NCBI GenBank assembly: GCA_002104905.1
Contig: MCFE01000033.1
Location: 124,001-188,000, forward strand
Source: Basidiobolus meristosporus CBS 931.73
Lineage: Eukaryota > Fungi > Basidiobolomycota
Length of the DNA: 64,000 bases
Direction of reading: 5' to 3'
Position numbers and translations under genes: made by a program. Numbering within the stretch: the stretch's first letter is position 1; every line of letters starts with the position of its first letter. The notes below the pieces were generated by a model. That model did no database searches, was not told the DNA's origin, and saw nothing but the letters and a program-made list of their open reading frames with translations. Positions 11,003-21,689 of the stretch are shown here, piece after piece.

Positions 11003-13796
11003 TAAGTCAAGAGAGCTAAAATATTTAGCTCCAATTAATCTGTCCAACAGGTCATCTATTTGCAGTAGTGGATACACGTCCTTCTGGGTGAAGGTGTTCA
11101 ATTTTTGGTAGTTGATGCAAAAGTGTTGCTTTCCGTCTTTCTTTGGGACTATCACTATGGGGGAGGCCCATGGAGACTGGCTCTCTGTAATGATATTGTC
11201 TTTCAATAAAGTTTCAATCGTCTCTTTGATATAGGCCGTGTCAATTTTCAAGTTCCTGTAGGCTTTTTGCTTAATGGGGTATTTGTCAGTGAGGTGGATT
11301 TGGTGATATACCCCAGGTATATGACCAATTACTTGGTTCTTAGAGAATACTTGGGCAAGCGGGCATATTCTTTCTAGGAACTTGTCTTGTAACGCAGGCG
11401 GTAGACCGGGGTCCACATCTAGTTTGGGGAGTTCTTCTTCTGGTTCCTTGTTTGTAGGTGGTCCTTGGTTGTTTCCGTTGACTTCCTCTAGGTTCAACAA
11501 TGGTACTCCTCTAGGCAATTTCACCGTGTGTTGCCCGTTGTTGACCACTAAGCACTTCAGACTTTGCGTTTCAAATTTTGGGGGTATCCATACTTTAGGG
11601 ATTGAGATTCCTTCCAGTTGCTTGGATGCCTTTGCTGCGGTTATCATTCAACTGCTTGTCAAATAAGCTATTGGTGTCTCTAATGAGATCACCATCTCAC
11701 TGGCGGGTGGTATTTTTATCACCTTTTGTGTGATGATTGGAGACTGCAACGGTTTCACTTCTTCAATTGTCACACTGTTGCTACATGCCTTGCTCTCATT
11801 GGTGATATGAATCAGTGGGATACTCTTGGTATCCCACCTGAGTTCAGATGCACTGTAAAGTATATCCATCTTATGTTGGATAAACCAACTCTTTCCAATG
11901 AGTAAGTTGTTGGCAGTGACAGGTAGAACCATGACATCTTGGTGTATTATCAAGTTGCCTAGCCGTATGGGGCAACTAGGCACCACGCCTACTGTTGTGT
12001 CCAGTTAGTCATTTGCTAGCCGTACTCAAATGGTGTTGTTGGGAATATGTCTAATTTTAGACGTTTTGATAATGACTCTGACATGATCAATGTAGAGGAT
12101 CCTGTGTTGATAAGGGCAAGAATCTCTTTATTCTCTATACATACCTTTACGTATGTACCTTTATTTGGTTTTTGCAGGACCATCTGGTTGACATGAAGGG
12201 TTGTTATCTCCCTCAATCCCTCTATCAGTTCCTTGACTAGAGCCAGGGCAAGTCCCAGTAAATTGGTTATTGGGAGGGTTGCCTTGGTTTGCTCTAGTAC
12301 CTTCATTATGAGGAATAGGCCATGGGAAGACATGCTAGCGTTCTTTGTTTGTTTTTATACTTCTTCCCAAGGCTCATTCCGCACTTCTTCACCTAATTCC
12401 ACGTTCTTTCCTTTTTACGGAACCTCTACTACAGATTCCTTTGCCTCCTCTCTAGAAGCATCATGTCAACGCTTCTTCTTCCGCACTTCAACTGTCCTGA
12501 CCGGAGGGCTTAGATTGACTGAGTCCCGTTGGCCTCCTGGCAAGGGACTCTGTCTTTTGATGCCTTCTTCTCTTTGGTGTCCGGTACAGCTTCTTGTCCA
12601 TACCGTTTTTCACATTTGTGAGCCTGGTGACCTATTTCTCCACACACATAACACGGATACTGTTGTTGTGGTTGTTCCATCTGTTGGGTCAGGGCTTGTA
12701 CCTGGGTCTTTAGATCTACAACAGCTTTCCAGAGTTTATCACTTTCTTTGGGGACTTCTTGGACATTGTTGATTGAGAGTTCTTGGACCTTTTGCCATAA
12801 TTCTTCTAACTCATGGTCTTTTGGGGAGGCAATTTTTCCTTTCTTACAGGGGATCCCTGTCCTTCAATCATTTGTATCACTATAGGGTAGCCCCCATAGC
12901 AAGATGACCCCTTGCACTTGTTTGACCAGCCCTTGCAGCGTTTTACATCCCTGTTGTTCTTTGGATGCCCTACATCTTATTTTGTTGTCTAAGCCCATGA
13001 TGTAATACCTCATGAGCTGTTGTTTGGCAATTTTGTCCTTTGGGAGACATCAAACTTGTTGGAGGAACAGTTCAGTGTAGGCTTCATAGCTCTCACTGCT
13101 TTTCTTCCGTGAGGACAGTAGAAGGGCTTTGTAGTGGTACCCTTAGGCATATAGAAAGAGTGTCTTGTAGGCTTCTTCTAGTGCATCCCAGTTGTCTTTA
13201 ACTGTGTCTTCCAACCCATAATGCCATTGCCATGCTGACCCTTCCATATGTCTTGCAAACTCCCTTACTTTCTTATTGTTGTCCCATCCTGCATCAACGG
13301 CAGCTCTCTCAAACTTATCAAACCATTCAAGGGCTTTCTCTCTCTTTCCTTTGTATGTTTTTAGTTTGATTGTAGTAGTCATTACCTCACTTGTGCTTAT
13401 TTCCGCAGAGACAGCACCAAATATGTGGGTTATTACTGACTGTACTTAGTGAGTGGGAGAGCTTGTAGGTTAAGCCAGTACCACTTGGTTCAGAATAGCT
13501 TCCAATAGGAGGTAGTAAGGTAATAAAGACTTGTGTTTATTTTGTCTCAAATCTCCTTGTTCTCTTGCTTGGTTCAATTGGGTAGATATATATCACTTGG
13601 GGCTTAGATAATAGACAATGTGTTATAAAATAGGGGTGTAAACACCTTCCTATTATGGTAAGTGTTCTAACTAGATAAGGGCAGGGATAGGAGGGAGGGT
13701 GCATGGAGGAATCATAGGGAGGATACTGGGGGACTTTGGGTAGGACTCTGGGGAGAACTCTTGGGCAAAGAGTGGGTACTGCATTTAGTACTCACA
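11003..13796 (-). mobile_element. Truncated Ty3/Gypsy element: 5' LTR, PBS, gag (CCHC knuckle), protease, start of RT
   Basis: gag WFDKFERAAVDAGW (13143-13382); CYVCGEIGHQAHKC near 12610-12660; protease ALINTGSS; RT SQSPWASPIVIVPKKDGK..YQKLN..YPLLQIDDLL..YFSSLDL, then an abrupt break. Confidence 0.9.
13424..13796 (-). repeat. 5' LTR of the Gypsy element (373 bp)
   Basis: TG...CA ends (TGTGGGTT / TACTCACA); adjacent PBS TGGTGCTGTCTCTGCGG on minus at 13403-13419. Confidence 0.8.
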
Positions 13797-14481
13797 TATG
13801 GCAACCTGTGAAGCTACAAAAGAAGCAATGTGGTTAAGAAAGCTTTTTACAGATTTAGGCCTATGTCAAAAAACCCCTATTACTTTACTTAAAGATAATC
13901 AAGGATGTATCAAATTAGGTAGAAATCCAAATTTTCATGCTAGAACTAAGCACATAGATATTAGACATCATTTTATATGTGAAGCTATAGGGAATAACTT
14001 AGTTAGCTTAGTTTACTGTCCTACAGATGAAATGATTGCAGACATATTTACCAAACCCTTAGCTAGAGACAAGTTTGAATATCTTAGGTCAAAATTAGGA
14101 CTAGTCAGTATGAACATTTAGCTCAGTGGAAGTGTTGTAAGAATTTGTAATTCCACCTTGATATTCACCTAACCTAGTCACTTAGATCATTACCTTCAAA
14201 TCCTAGAGAATACTGACCAATCTCCTTGTTGGGATTTGCTTAAAATATTTTCACCAAAATACCAGATACCCAGTGCATGAAAATTCTCAAGGTGGTCCAA
14301 ACAGCCCCCAACTTTGCATACATGTTCTTGGGACCTTCCTTGACCTATTCTACATGTATGTAATGCCAAGACCATGTAAAAGTATAAATAGTACTTTTAC
14401 ATTCAATAGATCATTAAGTGAAAAACACATAATCTACTTGTTCTTGCAATCACTTCCAATATCTCCAAGACTCTTACAAAA
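13797..14481 (+). mobile_element. Copia copy A: RNase H C-terminus, PPT and 3' LTR (14133-~14481)
   Basis: 13798..14121 nearly identical to the end of the intact Copia polyprotein; LTR starts TGTTGTAAG. Confidence 0.88.
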
Positions 14482-15359
14482 AATGGAACTGCTACTATCT
14501 GCTTAAGGTGCACCTATTGGGATTCAGAACAAGATCCTGTGGGATACACTGATGCTGAGTGGGGACAAAACGTAGAAGACAGAAGGTCCACTACAGGATC
14601 CACCTTACTTTACAGTCAAGGAGCATTTCATGGAATTCAAGAAAGTAACCAACTGTAGCACCATCTACCTAAGTGGCAGAGTAAATGGTAGCCTGTGAAG
14701 CAACAAAACAAGCAATGTGGCTAAGGAAGCTTTTTAAAGATATAAGATTATGTCAAAAAACACCTATTACTTTCTTCAAGATAATCTAGGATGTATACAA
14801 TTAGGTAGAAATCCAACTTTCATGCTAGAACTGAGCACATAGATATTAGACATCATTGCATATGTGAAGCTATACAGCTTAGCTCACTTAGCTTACTGTC
14901 CTACAAATAAAATGATTGCAGACATATTTACCAAACCATTGGCTAGAGATAAGTCTGAATATCTTAGGTCAAAATTGGGACTAGTCAGCACGTACATTTA
15001 GTTGAGTGGGAGTGTTGTAAGTACTTGTAATTCCACCTAAATATTTACCTAACTCAGTCACTTAGATCATTACCTCCAAATCCTAGAGAACTCTGACCAA
15101 AACCCTTGTTGGGATTTACTTGGAATATTTGTACCAAAATATCAGGTACCCAGAACATGAAAATTCTCAAAGTTGTCCAACCACCCCAAACTTTGCCCAC
15201 ATGCTCTTGGGACCTTCCTAAGTCTATTCTACATGTTTGCTATGCCAAGACCATGTAAAAGAATAAATACTACTTTTACATTCAATAAATCATTAAGTGA
15301 AACCGCATATTCTACATGTTCTCCCAATCACTTTTAATATCTCCAAGACTCTTTCATCA
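14482..15359 (+). mobile_element. Copia copy B: degraded RT-end/RNase H and 3' LTR (15013-15359)
   Basis: Matches intact element from ~19540 onward with stops and indels; LTR TGTTGTAAG...CTTTCATCA. Confidence 0.85.
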
Positions 15360-15741
15360 AAATATTCTATGAGTGGCTGTACATAAACAGTGGGTGTCTT
15401 GTAATGCCTTCCAGGCATTCCTTCATGTTTTTGCTTTTGGTTATTGAGATGTTCACAAATGTGCAGTTGAAGGTACTTTTTTTTTGCTCTTGTATCTGAG
15501 GGCTTCTTCATCTCAACCATTAAAGAGGGCATTCTCTTTACATGACTATATCCCAAAGGCCTCTTTCCTGCAGCATCATATTCATGTTCATCTTCACCTG
15601 CCAGACTTGGTAGTTGTGTCCATCCAATCCTTAGCACATAAAAGAATCTCCATAATAGCGGTAATACACACTCCAGAGAGTGGCAGCTTGGGGTCCATAG
15701 CATGCTGTAGGAGTTTTGGAGATATTAAAAGTGGTTGGAAG
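15360..15741 (-). mobile_element. Copia copy C (old, antisense): LTR end, PBS and gag 5' remnant; rest of its LTR lies at ~20432-20712
   Basis: Reverse complement reads CCACTTTTAATATCTCCAAAACTCCTACAGCA-TGCTATGGACCCAAGCTGCCACTCTCTG, then gag-like DNA (GAAAGAGGCCTTTGGGATAT), matching 16060-16440. Confidence 0.8.
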
Positions 15742-18700
15742 TGTTGTAAAAATTCATATTTTCACCTAAATATTCACCTAACTTAGTCACTTAGATCATC
15801 ACCTTTAAATCCTAGAAAATACTAACCAAATTCCTTGTCAGGATATACTTAGAATATTTTCACCAAAATACCAGGTACCCAGAACATGAAAATTCTCAAA
15901 GTTGTCCAAACAGCCCCAAACTTTGCACACATGTTCTTGGGACCTTTCTTAACCTATTCTACGTGTTTGTAATGCCAAGACCATGTAAAAGTATAAATAC
16001 TACTTTTACATTCAATAAATCATTAAGTGAAAACCACATAATCTACTTGTTCTCCCAATCACTTCCAATATCTCCAAGACTCTTACAACAGGTTATTAGC
16101 CCCAAGCTGTCACTCTCTGCAATGTCTACTACTGCTATTACTGGAATTTTTCCCTCTGCTGAAAAGTTGGATGGCTCTAACTACCAAGTGTGGAAGGTGA
16201 AGATGAAGATGCTGCTACAAGAAAGAGGCCTTTGGGATATTGTCATGGGAGAAGAATACCCTCCTAAAAACGTGGGAGAAGAAGCCTTAAAGTACCAGAA
16301 GAAAGAACAAAGTGCCTTTAACTGCATTTGCCTTAATGTTAAAGACAAATTGCTGATTCAATGCTCAAGAGCAAAAACGGCAAAGGATGCCTGGAAGGCA
16401 TTAGAAGACACCTACCAGTCATGTTCAGCAGCCAAGAAAATGTATCTGAGAAGAAAACTCTTTACTACAAAGATGCTGCCAGGAGAAGAAATGAAAAATC
16501 TAATTAACAGAATTACCCTGCTGGTAGATGAGATGGAATCTGTGGGTGTACCAACTACTGATGAGGATGTGATAGTTACCATCCTGAATAGCCTGACAGA
16601 CAGGTTTCAGGGCCTTGTATCAGCCCTAGAGTCCAGAACTGAAGATTTGACCTTAAATTACGTATATGGAAGGCTCCTGGATGAAGAATTAAGAAAATCA
16701 AGCGCCAATAAGAAGGAAGAAGAAAATGCTTTAATAAGCAATGATAACCAACAAAGAAGGTACCCAAGACCCTACAAAGGCAACAGCAACCTATTTTGCA
16801 ACTACTGCAAAAGGAAAGGACACACATCAGACCGGTGTTTCAAAAAGAGAGATTATCAGCAAAAGAAGCCTGAATATGGAAATGCTGCAACAACTGAAGA
16901 TAGACTATTCATATCTGCACTAAATATGACCACAAACAAGGATTCTCAGACGTGGTATATTGACTCTGGAGCTTCTCAACACTTTACACACCAAAAAGAA
17001 CTTTTTACCCAATATCAAGAAATTCCAATTAAGAAGGTTTTCATGGGCAACAATAGAACACTTGATGCAGTGGGAGAAGAAACTATCCAAGTAAACCTTA
17101 GAAGCAGTAAAGGAAGCCATACACTGACCTTTAAAGAAGTACTCTATGTACCAGAAATAGCCAAGAACCTACTCTCTGTAAGCAAGGCCACAGTAGAAGG
17201 ACTCAGTTTCAGTTTTGACAATTCTGGATGCAGGATCACTGATCAAAATGGTGCCCATATTGCTTTGGGCATCAGAGATCAGAATCTATACAAGTTGACT
17301 TATATTCCATCATATCCGGAAGCCAATATAAGTAACTTAAATGAAGAAACACCAATGCTTTGGCACAGGAGATTTGGACACATCAATTTTGATTATTTGC
17401 GTAAAATGATCAAAGATCAGCTAATTTCTGGAGTGAAAATTGATCCCCCAGCTAATTTGGAGCACTGTGAAGCCTGCATATATGGGAAACAAGCCAGACA
17501 ACTGTTCAAGAGCTCTGGGTTAATCAAAACTAAGAAAAAATTAGATCTAATTCACTCAGATCTGTGTGGACCTATGCAAAATTTATCCTTAGGCGGGATG
17601 AAGTATTTAATCACTTTTATTGATGATTATACAAGATACACATGGGTCTACTTCATGGAGAGAAAGGAAGAAGCTCTGTCTAAGTTCAGGGAGTTTAAAG
17701 CCATGGTGGAGAGAGAAACTGGTGAAAAAATCAAGAAAATACACTCTGACAATGGTGGAGAATATACCTCAAAACTCTTCATCCACTTCTGCAAAATTCA
17801 TGGGATAAAGCAAGAGACTACTGTACCATACTCCCCACAGCAAAATGGAGTAGCAGAACAAGCTAACCGATCAATAATTGATATGGCAAGATCTATGATC
17901 CATGATCAAAAATTATCCTATGATTTTTGGGCGGAATCAGTTGCAACTGCTGTATACCTTAAAAATAGGAGTCATAACAGAATACTTCGTGATTCTACTC
18001 CATTTGAAGCATGGTATGGATACAGACCAAGTGCAGAACATCTAAGAATATTTGGGTGTACAGCATATGCCAAAAAACTGGCCGGAAATCAGTCAAAATT
18101 TGAGCCAAAAAGTGTAAAATGCATATTTTTGGGCTACTGCAATGAGAGTAAGGCATACAGACTCTACAATACCAAAGCAAAGAAGCTGATCAAGTCCAGG
18201 GATGTGTTGTTTGATGAAAATTCAAAATTTTCACAAAAAATGACATCAGATGATGACAAAAATTTGATCTCAAGTCCACCAATTGTCAGGATTGAATCAG
18301 AGCAAAACAATGAAAATTTTTTCACTCCAGAGGACTCTACAACCGTGGTTCAGCCAGAATCAGTGCCTGGGAATATCCCAGAAGTGATCATTCCAGTACC
18401 AAATGCCCGGAGATCAAATCGGACAAGAAATAGCCCAAATTACTATATTAATGAGGGTACAAACTTAGCCTATGCCTATTCAGTCCATATTGATGAACCC
18501 CAGACTGTAAAAGAGGCCCTAAATAGCCCTCAGACAAAGTTTTGGAGATCTGCAATGACTGAGGAATATCAGGCCCTGATTGAAAATCAAACTTGGGACT
18601 TAGTCAAATTACCAATCAACCAAAAATCAATTGGATGCAGATGGGTCTTCAAGACAAAATACAAGGCTGATGGTACAATTGAAAGATACAAAGCAAGACT

Positions 18701-20426
18701 TGTAGCCAAAGGATACTCTCAAACAAAAGGACTTGACTATACTGAGACCTTTGCACCGGTAGCCAAGTTTAATTCCATCAGATTAATATTGGCTATTGCA
18801 GCCAAATATAAGTTTTTTATTCATCAAATGGATGTAAAAACTGCATTTTTGAATGGAGAACTTGATGAGGACGTGTATATGGACCAGCCTGATGGGTTTG
18901 TTGACCAAGATAACCCCCATTTGGTCTGCAAGCTTAAAAAGTCACTATATGGTCTCAAACAATTACCAAGAGCCTGGAATTGCAAGATAGATTCTTATTT
19001 GAAATCTTTGAGTTTCAAAAGGAGTAATGCTGACTATAGTATATACTATAAGCCAGATAGAGCAAATCCAGTTCTATTAGCTCTATATGTGGATGATCTT
19101 ATTATAGCCACCAATAACCTAGAAACATTGGAAGAAACTAAATCCAGCCTATCTAAGGAGTTCAAGATGTCCGATCTAGGAGAACTCAGTTACTACTTAG
19201 GGATTAAGTTCTCCCTAGACAGAAGTACCCAGACTATTACCCTAAGCCAATCCAAGTATATTCAAGATATACTAAAGAAGTACAAAATGGAAGACTGTAA
19301 ACCAGCAGCTACCCCAATGGAGACAAACCTTAACTTGGTCAAAACTCAACCAAATCAAGAGAGCTTGGTGCCATCTGAAAGCCCTGACTTTCCTTATCAA
19401 TCTATGGTCGGCAGTCTGATGTATATCATGCTTGGAACACGTCCAGATATCTCATATTCAGTGGGAGTTGTCAGCCAGCATAATCAGAATTATGGATCTG
19501 ATCATATTGCAGCAGTTAAGCGGATTTTTAGATACCTAAAAGGAACTGCTGATATCTGCTTAAGATACACTTATAAGGATTCAGAACAGGATCTTGTGGG
19601 ATACTCTGATGCTGATTGGGGACAAAATTTGGAAGACAGAAGATCCACCACAGGATACACCTTTCTTTACTGTAAAGGAGCAATTTCATGGAATTCAAGA
19701 AAGCAACCAACTGTAGCACTTTCTACTACAGAGGCAGAGTATATGGCAGCCTGTGAAGCTACAAAAGAAGCAATGTGGTTAAGAAAGCTCTTTGCAGATT
19801 TAGGCCTATGTCAAAAATCGCCTATTACTTTATTTCAAGATAATCAAGGATGTATACAATTAGGTAGAAATCCAACTTTTCATGCTAGAACCAAGCACAT
19901 AGATATTAGACATCATTTCATACGTGAAGCTATAGAGAATAACTTAGTTAGCTTAGTTTACTGTCCTACAGATGAAATGATTGCAGACATATTTACCAAA
20001 CCATTAGCAAGAGACAAGTTTGAATATCTTAGGTCAAAATTAGGACTAGTCAGTATGAACATTTAGCTGAGTGGGAGTGTTGTAAAAATTCGTATTTTCA
20101 CCTAAATATTCACCTAACTTAGTCACTTAGATCATCACCTTTAAATCCTAGAGAATACTGACCAAATTCCTTGTCGGGATATACTTAAAATATTTTCACC
20201 AAAATACCAGGTACCCAGAACATGAAAATTCTCAAAGTTGTCCAAACAGCCCCAAACTTTGCACACATGTTCTTGGGACCTTCCTTAACCTATTCTACGT
20301 GTTTGTAATGCCAAGACCATGTAAAAGTATAAATACTACTTTTACATTCAATAAATCATTAAGTGAAAACCACATAATCTACTTGTTCTCCCAATCACTT
20401 CCAATATCTCCAAGACTCTTACAACA
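15742..20426 (+). mobile_element. Intact Ty1/Copia LTR retrotransposon (copy D)
   Basis: LTRs 15742-16090 and 20078-20426 (349 bp each, 6 transitions); TSD GGAAG at 15737-15741 and 20427-20431; PBS GGTTATTAGCCC; PPT before the 3' LTR. Confidence 0.97.
16122..20066 (+). CDS. Copia gag-pol polyprotein (gag, CCHC, protease, integrase, RT, RNase H)
   Basis: Single ORF: CNYCKRKGHTSDRC, WYIDSGAS, WHRRFGH..CEAC, HSDLCG/HSDNGGEY/QQNGVAE, LYVDD, GYSDADW; likely start MSTTAITG just after the PBS. Confidence 0.95.
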   Translation: MSTTAITGIFPSAEKLDGSNYQVWKVKMKMLLQERGLWDIVMGEEYPPKNVGEEALKYQKKEQSAFNCICLNVKDKLLIQCSRAKTAKDAWKALEDTYQSCSAAKKMYLRRKLFTTKMLPGEEMKNLINRITLLVDEMESVGVPTTDEDVIVTILNSLTDRFQGLVSALESRTEDLTLNYVYGRLLDEELRKSSANKKEEENALISNDNQQRRYPRPYKGNSNLFCNYCKRKGHTSDRCFKKRDYQQKKPEYGNAATTEDRLFISALNMTTNKDSQTWYIDSGASQHFTHQKELFTQYQEIPIKKVFMGNNRTLDAVGEETIQVNLRSSKGSHTLTFKEVLYVPEIAKNLLSVSKATVEGLSFSFDNSGCRITDQNGAHIALGIRDQNLYKLTYIPSYPEANISNLNEETPMLWHRRFGHINFDYLRKMIKDQLISGVKIDPPANLEHCEACIYGKQARQLFKSSGLIKTKKKLDLIHSDLCGPMQNLSLGGMKYLITFIDDYTRYTWVYFMERKEEALSKFREFKAMVERETGEKIKKIHSDNGGEYTSKLFIHFCKIHGIKQETTVPYSPQQNGVAEQANRSIIDMARSMIHDQKLSYDFWAESVATAVYLKNRSHNRILRDSTPFEAWYGYRPSAEHLRIFGCTAYAKKLAGNQSKFEPKSVKCIFLGYCNESKAYRLYNTKAKKLIKSRDVLFDENSKFSQKMTSDDDKNLISSPPIVRIESEQNNENFFTPEDSTTVVQPESVPGNIPEVIIPVPNARRSNRTRNSPNYYINEGTNLAYAYSVHIDEPQTVKEALNSPQTKFWRSAMTEEYQALIENQTWDLVKLPINQKSIGCRWVFKTKYKADGTIERYKARLVAKGYSQTKGLDYTETFAPVAKFNSIRLILAIAAKYKFFIHQMDVKTAFLNGELDEDVYMDQPDGFVDQDNPHLVCKLKKSLYGLKQLPRAWNCKIDSYLKSLSFKRSNADYSIYYKPDRANPVLLALYVDDLIIATNNLETLEETKSSLSKEFKMSDLGELSYYLGIKFSLDRSTQTITLSQSKYIQDILKKYKMEDCKPAATPMETNLNLVKTQPNQESLVPSESPDFPYQSMVGSLMYIMLGTRPDISYSVGVVSQHNQNYGSDHIAAVKRIFRYLKGTADICLRYTYKDSEQDLVGYSDADWGQNLEDRRSTTGYTFLYCKGAISWNSRKQPTVALSTTEAEYMAACEATKEAMWLRKLFADLGLCQKSPITLFQDNQGCIQLGRNPTFHARTKHIDIRHHFIREAIENNLVSLVYCPTDEMIADIFTKPLARDKFEYLRSKLGLVSMNI

Positions 20427-20431
20427 GGAAG

Positions 20432-20712
20432 GCCAACTAAATGATGTGGCTTTCACTCAGTGACTTATATAATTTTGCATTATCTTGGCAAAACAAACAC
20501 TCAAAATGTGCTTAAAGAGAGCCCAAGAGCATGTGTGCAAAGCTTAGGCTGCTTAGATAACTTACAATATTATCACCAAAACATCAGGTACCCAGTATAT
20601 TAGTGATAAATAAGTAAATCTCAACAAGGAATTTGGCCAGAGTTCACTAATATGTATGATATAGAAGAATGTATTAGATGAATATTTATGTGTTATTACA
20701 AAATCTACAACA
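20432..20712 (-). repeat. Degenerate antisense Copia LTR (remainder of copy C)
   Basis: CAAGAGCATGTGTGCAAAG and TAGATGAATATTTATGTG...TACAACA match the reverse complement of the family LTR. Confidence 0.65.
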
Positions 20713-21059
20713 ATATTGATACTGAGTATGGTGCTCTATAGCACCATATATATACATATATACATTGGATAGCATGAGATTCTTTACATGTGGTATTACT
20801 GATATGCAAACTGATGGTGAGAAAGTCTCTCCCATATAGTGGTACATTCCTGGCATGACATACATCTTACAATGGTGCTATTTTGTTATGCTATAAGATT
20901 GGTGGCAGATTCAGGTTAATAAGATTTGGTGGAGAGCAGGATATACTGGTAGTATACTTGTTTAATGATAGCCCATCAAGTACCAAGCAAAAGTTATATT
21001 CATACACACCTTCAAAGACACATTGACTTTTCAGCTGTTTGCAATGCCAGCCATCAAAT

Positions 21060-21392
21060 TGTTGTAAAAATTTGTAATTTCACCTTAATATTCACCTAAC
21101 CTAGTCACTTAGATCATTACCCTCAAATTCTAGAGAATACTGACCAAATTCCTTGTTGGGATTTACTTAGAATATATACCCAGAACATGAAAATTCTCAA
21201 AGCTGTCCAAACAGCCCCAAACTTTGCACACATGTTCTTGAGATTTTGCTTAACCTATTTTGCATGTTTGTAATGCCACAACCATGTAAAAGTATAAATA
21301 CTACTTTTACATTCAATAAATTGTTAAGTGAAAACCACATAATCTACTTGTCCTCCCAATTCACTTCCAATATCTCCAGGACTCTTACAACA
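21060..21392 (+). mobile_element. Copia-family solo LTR
   Basis: TGTTGTAAAAA...CTCTTACAACA, with a small internal deletion; AAAT on both sides. Confidence 0.85.
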
Positions 21393-21689
21393 AAATGGCA
21401 AAAGTACTTGTGGTTGATTAATATTGAGTATGGCAAGAATGTGAGTAATGCTTTCCTCCTACAGAGATGGAATCCTGGCAAGCTGGACCCCTCACAATGG
21501 TGCTATTATTGGGTAAAAATGCCTTACAACTATTGATGTATGATTGCATCAAGCCTGTCTTTGGGACATATGCTGCTAGTGGTATTATGTGGGCCCATTT
21601 ACATCATGTAGATGTCAAGTTGTATCCCAGAAAATTTACCACAAGCAGTACTGTCATACATATTACAACACAATCATATTATCCACAAT

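Noticed and set aside
10763-11003. A novel domain fused to reverse transcriptase
   Set aside because: It is read-through across an insertion or deletion junction; the RT lacks its catalytic core
15293-15703. 136-aa ORF with a VEMKKP motif suggesting a PD-(D/E)xK nuclease
   Set aside because: The DNA aligns to the 5' gag of the Copia family in antisense; the ORF is an off-frame remnant
15963-16121. N-terminal 53 aa of the 1367-aa ORF
   Set aside because: It lies in the 5' LTR and PBS and starts at GTG; the real start is probably ATG 16122
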